From NCBI GenBank assembly GCA_025757985.1, contig CP107210.1, forward strand, positions 1,476,774-1,508,773: DNA of 32,000 nucleotides, in the 5' to 3' direction. The DNA is from Oscillospiraceae bacterium. GTDB lineage: Bacteria > Bacillota > Clostridia > Oscillospirales > Ruminococcaceae. Numbering within the stretch: position 1 is the stretch's first letter; each line of letters starts with the position of its first letter. Below the pieces are notes generated by a model, which had not been told where the DNA came from, did not search any database, and worked only from the letters and a program-made list of their open reading frames with translations. The position numbers and the translations under genes are program-made. Positions 9,301 through 16,314 of the stretch are shown piece by piece.

Positions 9301-10063
9301 CACCGTGCGCAAAGCCGATTTGAGCCGCGACATCCGCAGCCTGCTCTCCTACGCAGTCGGCTGCATCCTTGGCCGCTACTCGCTGGATAAGCCCGGTCTT
9401 GCCTATGCCGGCGGTGAATGGGATGCCGGTAAATACTCCCGGTTCCAACCTGTGGCCGATAATGTGGTTCCCCTGTGCGATGAGGAATATTTCGGCGAAA
9501 ATGACCTTGTGAACCGTGTTGTAGACTTCATAAAAGAAGTGTTCGGTGCAGCGTCGCTGGAAGAAAACCTTGCGTTCATTGCCAAGGCGTTGGGCAACAA
9601 GGGCAACACCAGCCGTGAAATCATCCGCAATTATTTCCTGAAGGACTTCTTTGCAGACCACTGCAAGATTTACCAGAAGCGCCCCATCTACTGGATGTTT
9701 GACAGCGGCAAGAAGAATGGCTTCAAGGCGCTGGTCTACCTCCACCGCTGGGATGCCGATACCACCGGCCGCGTCAACAACAACTATCTCAGTCCGCTGC
9801 TGCGCACCTATGCCCAGCAGATCGTGCAGGAAAACAACGTCATTTCTGCCAGCAGCGATGCCCGCACGGTATCGCTTGCCCAAAAGCGTCTGGATAAGCT
9901 GAAGTTACAGCAGGCCGAGTGCGAAAAGTACGAGAAGAATATCGCCCACCTTGCCGGTCTGCGCATCTCCCTTGACCTTGACGATGGTGTAAAGGTCAAC
10001 TATGTCAAGGCACAGACCGCCGCCGATGGCAAAAACCTGAACGTGCTTGCACCCCTTAAATAA
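6395..10063 (+). CDS. pglX: PglX, BREX N6-adenine DNA methyltransferase
   Basis: Motif I is DPCMGSGH and motif IV is NPPY (7967-7978). The protein is 1222 aa and occupies the canonical position between brxC and pglZ. Confidence 0.9.
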   Translation: MEKASLKKFAVDARRKLIEDVKFQLGLYGITENGILEPQTGTDSALIFDLGNGNTQTIKGERYVKQYRNLVEHLRGFYGAANTKQQLDQFAEEMAYTWFNRLIAIRFMEVNRYIPVRVLSSEIKGQNLPDLVKSPFAGDLEFDENEKQQIFALQDANKEDDLFRFLFFKQCNDLNRILPYLFENLNGDDSFSELLVVLSFNDPNGVVYRLVHDIDEAWFDIHAKGDDGNPVGQVQVIGWMYQYYNTDPKDKVFADLKKNIKISKENIPAATQLFTPDWIVRYMVENSLGRLWYEGHPDFDKSEWKYYLDEAQQEPQVEQQLAEIRARYANIEPEQLKVIDPCMGSGHILCYLFDVLMQIYLDNGYSRREAVRSILENNLFGLDIDKRAAQIAYFSVMMKAREYDSGFFDRSKIPQPKVYDIKESNGINRNQLKFFGNGLSDFERNEARLQLEGLLDTLTDAKEYGSILNMGSYNWDLLRSCADVAGEDAQVSMESVGLEKTVARLKPLINIGEAMGQKYDVVVTNPPYMGGNYSPALSSYLKKNYSNSKADLFAVFEERCMEMTREKVSMVTPESWMFLYTYLGIRENIFNNFIIENIVHLGFKAFDCGFGTAAFVLDKHRVNDFKGKYDRLVGYATAEEKQLNFNNAKDVYVSSNEIFRQLPNKILAYWCKESFANVLGHTAPLGNSVELNPGIKTGNNDLFLRLWYEVAKKKTASKPTLQSLSTSKNKWYYYNKGGGYHKWYGGYEHVVDFENNALNIRATISRDTYRLRNPENYFVKGILWPLIGSDKFSCRYLPENVLSDVASNTIFFHRDFNYNVMAFMNSSVFNLILNMINPTVSYPIDSIWKVPYKSEKRLNTDDIVRQNIDLAKSDWDSFETSWDFAEHPLVKWSHDLWDCTSIAATMDYYYNGERPEVSCPVELCYMLWQGECNDRFAKLKANEEELNRIFIDIYGLQDELTPEVEDKDVTVRKADLSRDIRSLLSYAVGCILGRYSLDKPGLAYAGGEWDAGKYSRFQPVADNVVPLCDEEYFGENDLVNRVVDFIKEVFGAASLEENLAFIAKALGNKGNTSREIIRNYFLKDFFADHCKIYQKRPIYWMFDSGKKNGFKALVYLHRWDADTTGRVNNNYLSPLLRTYAQQIVQENNVISASSDARTVSLAQKRLDKLKLQQAECEKYEKNIAHLAGLRISLDLDDGVKVNYVKAQTAADGKNLNVLAPLK

Positions 10064-10070
10064 CAAACCG

Positions 10071-10109
10071 CCGATACACTGGGGTGCAATTCTGCCTCCG
10101 GTGTATTGG
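10071..10109 (+). other. Intercistronic stem-loop between pglX and pglZ
   Basis: CCGATACACTGG (10071-10082) pairs with CCGGTGTATTGG (10098-10109) over 12 bp including 2 G-U pairs, with a 15-nt loop. Only a weak T-run follows. Confidence 0.4.
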
Positions 10110-10145
10110 TGTTTATACTACAAGATAAAGGAACGATGAACCCGC

Positions 10146-12662
10146 ATGGCTAAAACGACACTGCGCCAGATAGAAGATCGCCTTCGGATTATGTTTACGC
10201 CGGGCGAACACCGCAAATTGGTGTTCTGGTACGATGAATCTGCCAGCTTTGAAGATGAGGTAGAGCAGCTGAACATCCCCGATGTGACGATCTACCACAT
10301 GGAACCGAACACACAGTTCGCCACCAAATGGATGCTGGAACTGGAGCACCCGGACGAGAGTTTCCTGATTTATGCCCCCTACGCAAAACCCGCGCTGGAG
10401 GATAATCACCTTGCCGATATGCTGTTTTATTCGCAGGAGTATTCTACCGACAGGGTGACGATGATTGCGCAGGACTTCAATCTGGATGAAAGAACGAAGC
10501 TCTTTTTGAAGGAGCATATCAGCTTCTTTGCCGCGCAGGATCGTGCCAAGAAGTTTTACGATTTTGGCACACCGGTCTATACCGAGGACACCTTTGCGCT
10601 GGCAATGCTGGCCGTGCTGTGCAAATGCCCGCCGAAGCCGGAAGAAGTGGTGCGCAGCGTACTGCGCGGTTCCTTGGATGCCGAGAATGAATCGCTGCTG
10701 GCGTTTTCTAAGTTTGGGCTGGTGAGTGATTTTTGGCAGGTCTGCCGCCGTTTGTTCGGTTATAATCCGGCAGAAAAGAGCCTGAAGGATTTAGTGACGT
10801 GCCTGTTTGCCACCTATGCCGCCCACGCAATGGACATTGATGCCCCGGACGCATGGGGGGACCGCAGCCTGCCGGAGGAAGGCGAAGTGCTGGCTTTCCT
10901 TGACAGCATGATGAACTACCTGCCCGACCAGCCGCGCTTTGAAGAATTCTCCACCGTGGCCGCGCAGGAGCTGAACGCCATGCAGACGCTTGGGCAGTTG
11001 CAGCATACAAACCCAGATTTGTTGCTGGATTGCACGGTCTTTGATGCCGCCGAGGAACAGATCGGCAGCTGGATCATAAACCGCCTGCTGGAAGAAAACA
11101 CGTCTGCCTGCCTCAAAGACCGCAGCATCAAACGCATCTGTGAGGAGCGCAGCAAGACGTATTTTGGCTCCAAGCCCGCCCGCGCAGAGCAGTACAGTCT
11201 TTTGGCGAACGCCTGCACCATTCTTGAAGCGCTGCACTTTGCACCGGTGGATGGCATTGACGCATTGGTTGCGCAGTATAAAGATACCGCGTGGCAGATG
11301 GATACCGCCTACCGCAAGTTCTATTTGAGCTATGGGAAGATCGAACGGACGCAGGACATCGAGAAGCTGCAATCGTTAGTGGAAAATGTGTACACCAACA
11401 ACTTCCTTGACCCGCTGACGGTGCATTGGTGCCAGAGCCTGTCCCGCGACCTGACGACATTCCAGACCGAACGGCAGATTGCATTTTACAGCACAAACGT
11501 CAGCAGTGTGCGGGAACGCATCGTTGTGTTTATATCGGATGCCATGCGCTATGAAGTGGCACAGCAGCTTTTTGAGAAGCTGGCATTGGATGCCAAATGC
11601 GATGCCAAGTTGACCCCTGCAGTCAGCACAGTGCCGTCCTATACGCAGCTGGGCATGGCTGCGCTGCTGCCCCATGTCAGCTTGGAGCTTCAGCCGGACA
11701 GCACGGTGACGATTCTCGGCAAAAAGACAAACGGAACCGCAGCGCGTGAAAGCATTTTGCAGGCATCCGACAAAAATAACAGCTGCATCCAGTTCGACCA
11801 GATGCAGAATATGCGGCGCGATGACCTGCGCAGCTATTTCTCCGGCAAAAATGTGGTGTTTGTTTACCACAACCAGATTGACGCGCGCGGAGATGAGGCT
11901 CGAACAGAAAATGAAGTTTTCTCCGCCTGCGAAGAAGCCGTGGAGGAACTGTATAAAGAAATCCGCCGCCTGAGCGACAATGCAAACATCCGCCACTTTA
12001 TTGTGACGGCGGACCACGGATTCCTGTACAAGCATGACCCGATTTTGGAGAGTGATAAGGTCATCAACCTGCCGCAGGCTGAAATCAAGAATAAGCGTTT
12101 TATCGTTTCAGACAGCACTGCGCCAATCGCCGGTGCAGTCGGCTATCCCTTGGGACAAGTTCTGAAAACCAAAGATACCCGCACGGTATATACGCCGCTG
12201 GGCAGCTCGATTTTCAAAATCGCCGGTGGCGGTCAGAACTATGTGCATGGCGGTGCATCGGTGCAGGAAATGGTGATTCCTGTATTGAACATCCGTACAC
12301 AATCCGGTCGCGTGGAAACCACGAAAGCGGGTATTTCCCTGCTGCCCACACCGGAAGTTCTTATGGATCGCAGAGTTCCCCTGAAATTCTTGCAGTCGGA
12401 TTTGGTGACGGACACAGTCCTGCCGGCAAATTATGAGGTCCGTATCGTAAACGAAATGGGCGATACCATTTCGACAAAGCGCACCATCGCAGCCGACAAA
12501 CTGGCCGGTTGCCGGGATGAAGAACGGTATACTGATGTGGTGCTGACTTTGAAAAATAATCCGTATTCGCGCGAACGCAATTATTATTTCCTGCTGGTAG
12601 ACAAGGAGACGGGAGAAACAGCCGAAAAGCGCCCGGTGAAAATCGACATCGTGAAACAGTGA
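10146..12662 (+). CDS. pglZ: PglZ, alkaline-phosphatase-superfamily BREX protein
   Basis: FISDAMRYEV and VTADHGF are typical of the PglZ domain. The protein is 838 aa and sits in the canonical position. Confidence 0.88.
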   Translation: MAKTTLRQIEDRLRIMFTPGEHRKLVFWYDESASFEDEVEQLNIPDVTIYHMEPNTQFATKWMLELEHPDESFLIYAPYAKPALEDNHLADMLFYSQEYSTDRVTMIAQDFNLDERTKLFLKEHISFFAAQDRAKKFYDFGTPVYTEDTFALAMLAVLCKCPPKPEEVVRSVLRGSLDAENESLLAFSKFGLVSDFWQVCRRLFGYNPAEKSLKDLVTCLFATYAAHAMDIDAPDAWGDRSLPEEGEVLAFLDSMMNYLPDQPRFEEFSTVAAQELNAMQTLGQLQHTNPDLLLDCTVFDAAEEQIGSWIINRLLEENTSACLKDRSIKRICEERSKTYFGSKPARAEQYSLLANACTILEALHFAPVDGIDALVAQYKDTAWQMDTAYRKFYLSYGKIERTQDIEKLQSLVENVYTNNFLDPLTVHWCQSLSRDLTTFQTERQIAFYSTNVSSVRERIVVFISDAMRYEVAQQLFEKLALDAKCDAKLTPAVSTVPSYTQLGMAALLPHVSLELQPDSTVTILGKKTNGTAARESILQASDKNNSCIQFDQMQNMRRDDLRSYFSGKNVVFVYHNQIDARGDEARTENEVFSACEEAVEELYKEIRRLSDNANIRHFIVTADHGFLYKHDPILESDKVINLPQAEIKNKRFIVSDSTAPIAGAVGYPLGQVLKTKDTRTVYTPLGSSIFKIAGGGQNYVHGGASVQEMVIPVLNIRTQSGRVETTKAGISLLPTPEVLMDRRVPLKFLQSDLVTDTVLPANYEVRIVNEMGDTISTKRTIAADKLAGCRDEERYTDVVLTLKNNPYSRERNYYFLLVDKETGETAEKRPVKIDIVKQ

Positions 12663-12674
12663 GGAGTGTAAATC

Positions 12675-15600
12675 ATGGAATACGCAACAGCTATTTCAAA
12701 AATGAATGAGTACCTCATTAAAGCCGCGCAGCTGTGCCGTAACTGGCTGGAGCCGCGCTTGAAAAGAATCGATTCACATGACTGGTGGCAAACTACGGTT
12801 TGCACCAACTTGTCTGATATGCAGTTGGAACAGGTGCAGCGCAACAATATAACTACACTTGACGGTCTTGATCTGCAAGCTTTGCTGCGTGTGATTCAGC
12901 GCAATTTGTACCCTCTTGGCAACTATGAGTATTTTACGAATTACCATGAAATGAAGGATGCCATCCGGCAGATGTTTCAGGTTCGTAATGATGTGGCACA
13001 TACGACTTTGCTTGACTATTCGGAAGAGAAGATTAAAGTCGCTATGACAAGGTACATCAACTTTATGGAACTGTTCGATGGTGATAGAAGCGACATCAAC
13101 GAAGCCAAGGAGTTCCGGGCTACACTTATTAACCCGGAGCATGCTAACCCTATCCGTATTCCGGAGCCAGTCAGCGTTCAGCCTAAACCAGCGGAGGTGC
13201 GTGTTGCAGCGCAGCCTGTAAAGGCAATGGCGCAGCCTTTTGCTGTGGGGACGATTGTTCACAAAAAGAGCGACCCCAGCCAGATGGGACCCATTATGCA
13301 AATCCGTGGTGAGGGCGACAAGGCAGAGTATAGTGTCTGGGTCAATAACAGGGTTGAGACTCTTTATGCCGACCAACTGCTGCTCAATGATGTAACCCCG
13401 AAGCGGTACAATGTCACCATTGATGAACTAAAGGTGCTTCTGACCGCACAGCAGCTTTGCAACCCGTCTAACGATCAGTTGTACTCCTTGAATGCGGCGC
13501 GTGTGGATTTTGTTCCGTATCAGTTCCGACCGGCATTGAAGATGATTCATTCCGAGCGTCCGCGCATTCTGGTCGCGGATAGTGTTGGTGTCGGTAAAAC
13601 GATTGAGGCTGGACTGATTCTTCGCGAATTGCAGGCCCGTAATGAAGATTTTGAATCCGTTCTGATTATTTGCCCCAAGCCGCTGGTCGCTGAGCACAAG
13701 TGGCGTACCGAAATGAAACGGTTTGATGAGAACTTTACCGAGCTGGATGGTGTGACTCTCCGAGAAGCAATCAATGAATATGATAGAGAGGGCGAATGGC
13801 CGATGGCCATGCGCAAGATGATTCTGCCTTATTCGCTGATGACAAAGGAACTTCTCAATGGTAAGGGCAAGCAAAAAGGCTTGCTGGACTTGGAAGATCC
13901 TGTCCATTTTGATCTTGTTATCATAGATGAGGCACATCATATGCGCCATTCCAATACTGGCGCTTACAGGGTTGCACGCTATTTTACTGATAACGCTGAT
14001 GCCGTTGTTATGCTGACCGCAACACCTGTGCAGACGGACGATGATGATTTGTATACGCTGCTGAACGCTTTGCGCCCGGATGTGATTCTGGATAAAAAGA
14101 CCTTTAGGGAAATGCAGGAACCGAATGCGGAAATCAACGCGGCCGCACGACTGATTCGGCATCAGGCAAACAACTGGCGTTCCGAATCTGCTGAGCATTT
14201 AACTAATGCCGCGCAGACCAGCTGGGGTCGTAGTGTTATTGCAGAAAATCCAACTTACAAAAATGTGATGACACAGCTAAAAAGCGGAGAGACGCTTGAT
14301 CGTACAGCGCGTATTGGTATCCTTCACGATGTTGAAGGACTGCACAGTTTTTCGGGAATGATCAACCGAACCCGCAGACAGGATATACAGAATGATTTCT
14401 GCGTGCGTCGTCCTCAAAGTATTTCTGTCAACTTTACCGCAGAACAACAAAAGCTGTATGATGCGTTGATGGACTTTGAATCTAATGCACTTAGCTATTT
14501 GCACAGCAGTGTTCCCCTAACATTTATGATGAGCACACTGATGCGTCAGGCGTCCAGCTGCATTTTTGGACTTGCACCGTTGCTTAAGGGAATGGTGAAT
14601 CGGCGCTTGGCCGATGTTTTGTCTGATTATTGCGCCGAAGATGGGAACGTCTCGGTAGCTGATCTTGAAAACATCAAATTGGGCGGTCTTGAGGCTGATT
14701 TCCGCAAGATGGCGAATTATGTAATCGAATTGTCGGAAAATCTTCCTCAGACAGACGAAAAATTGGATCGTTTGTTTGAGGTGATAGAAAATAAGTCTCA
14801 CCAGCCAAACAATAAAATTATACTGTTCAGTTCTTTCCGCCATACACTGCGCTACTTGGAGCAGCACCTTGTTGAGCGCGGCTATCGCGTGGCACAAGTA
14901 AACGGCAGCGTTAAAGACGAAGAACGCTTGGATCTCCGCAAACGATTTGAACTTCCAGCAGACAATGCTAATGCATTGGATATTTTACTGTTTACCGAGG
15001 TTGGTTGCGAAGGTCTGGATTATCAGTTCTGCGATTTTATGATTAACTATGACCTCCCGTGGAACCCGATGGCGATTGAGCAGCGTATTGGTCGTATTGA
15101 TCGACGTGGTCAAAAGAGTGATACCGTTATCATTTGCAATATTGTAACCGAAGGAACCATTGATGCGAAAATCTATCACCGTTGCTTGGAGCGTATTGGT
15201 ATTTTTGAAAACTCCATCGGTGAGTGCGCAGGCATTTTGGGCGATATGACCCAGCAAATCAACGAAGCAATTTTTGATTCTACGCTCACGCAACAAGAAC
15301 GTGAAGAAAAGATTGAAAAAATTGCAGATAACGAAGTCTCCAGAGCAAGCGAGATGAAAAAGCTCGAAGATGAAAGCAAGGAACTGTTTGGCATTGACTT
15401 GTCTGGCTATGTAATGGATCGCAGTGTTACAGAAGCAGAAAATCCGTGGATTGGCGAAAGATATATTCAGGCGCTTGTGATTGACTACTTTAATAAAGTC
15501 CTTGGGGAAAAGAAAAATTACATTCAAGGCGATGGAGCGCATAAGGTTTTGACATTGAGTGGCGAGAATAGAGCCACACTAAAGCGGTTGCTTCGCAGTT

Positions 15601-16295
15601 CCGGTATGAAAAAATCGGAAATGTACAACCAATGGTTAGACTATCTAAAGGGAAACGATACGCGAGTTTCTGTGACCTTCGACCAAGAAGAAGCTGCACG
15701 TGATAGGAATGCCATTTTCTTCACCGCAGTGCATCCCCTTGTAAAAATGGCGGCGATGGAACTTCATAAAAAGCAAGAGGTCTATATACAGCTTTTTGTT
15801 AGCGCCAATGACTACCCTGTTAATTGCGGAGATTATCCGTTCTTAATAGAAGAACGGATAATCATCGGGATGCGAAAAGAAGTTCGGATTGTTCCTATCT
15901 CTGACATCAGCTTGTCGGCATCGGATTTTTGCGATTTATTGGAAACTGCAGATTATCGAGATGTTCCTGATGCGTGTGCAGAGAATCAATGGGAAAAGCT
16001 GTCTCGGTTAAAGCGTGAGCAATGGCAGCAGGCTGTTACTCAACTCAAGGCAGACGTAAGGGAAAAGTGTGATTACCGCCGTGCAGCCGTTTTGAAAAGT
16101 TATCAATTCCGAAAAGAGGATTTGACGGCGAGAATTCAAAATGTAGCAGATGCCAATATTTTGCGTATGTACAAGAGTCAGCTTAGCAGTCTTGAGGATG
16201 AGAAGAACGAAAGGCTAAAGGAATTGTCCGATATTCAGGAACGTGCAACTGTAGAAGAAAACACCTTGGTGAAGGGCATTATTACTGTCTGCTGA
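12675..16295 (+). CDS. SNF2/RapA-like superfamily-2 helicase with an N-terminal Swt1-like HEPN domain, a small beta-barrel and a long C-terminal helical extension (BrxHII-like position)
   Basis: The HEPN R-x4-H motif is RNDVAH (R104 at 12984-12986, H109 at 12999-13001). Helicase motifs are I (DSVGVGKT), II (IIDEAHHMR), III (LTATPVQ) and VI (QRIGRIDRRGQ). A GAGGAG RBS starts 12 nt after the pglZ stop. Confidence 0.85.
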   Translation: MEYATAISKMNEYLIKAAQLCRNWLEPRLKRIDSHDWWQTTVCTNLSDMQLEQVQRNNITTLDGLDLQALLRVIQRNLYPLGNYEYFTNYHEMKDAIRQMFQVRNDVAHTTLLDYSEEKIKVAMTRYINFMELFDGDRSDINEAKEFRATLINPEHANPIRIPEPVSVQPKPAEVRVAAQPVKAMAQPFAVGTIVHKKSDPSQMGPIMQIRGEGDKAEYSVWVNNRVETLYADQLLLNDVTPKRYNVTIDELKVLLTAQQLCNPSNDQLYSLNAARVDFVPYQFRPALKMIHSERPRILVADSVGVGKTIEAGLILRELQARNEDFESVLIICPKPLVAEHKWRTEMKRFDENFTELDGVTLREAINEYDREGEWPMAMRKMILPYSLMTKELLNGKGKQKGLLDLEDPVHFDLVIIDEAHHMRHSNTGAYRVARYFTDNADAVVMLTATPVQTDDDDLYTLLNALRPDVILDKKTFREMQEPNAEINAAARLIRHQANNWRSESAEHLTNAAQTSWGRSVIAENPTYKNVMTQLKSGETLDRTARIGILHDVEGLHSFSGMINRTRRQDIQNDFCVRRPQSISVNFTAEQQKLYDALMDFESNALSYLHSSVPLTFMMSTLMRQASSCIFGLAPLLKGMVNRRLADVLSDYCAEDGNVSVADLENIKLGGLEADFRKMANYVIELSENLPQTDEKLDRLFEVIENKSHQPNNKIILFSSFRHTLRYLEQHLVERGYRVAQVNGSVKDEERLDLRKRFELPADNANALDILLFTEVGCEGLDYQFCDFMINYDLPWNPMAIEQRIGRIDRRGQKSDTVIICNIVTEGTIDAKIYHRCLERIGIFENSIGECAGILGDMTQQINEAIFDSTLTQQEREEKIEKIADNEVSRASEMKKLEDESKELFGIDLSGYVMDRSVTEAENPWIGERYIQALVIDYFNKVLGEKKNYIQGDGAHKVLTLSGENRATLKRLLRSSGMKKSEMYNQWLDYLKGNDTRVSVTFDQEEAARDRNAIFFTAVHPLVKMAAMELHKKQEVYIQLFVSANDYPVNCGDYPFLIEERIIIGMRKEVRIVPISDISLSASDFCDLLETADYRDVPDACAENQWEKLSRLKREQWQQAVTQLKADVREKCDYRRAAVLKSYQFRKEDLTARIQNVADANILRMYKSQLSSLEDEKNERLKELSDIQERATVEENTLVKGIITVC

Positions 16296-16314
16296 TTGAA
16301 TTTGAGGAAGTACT

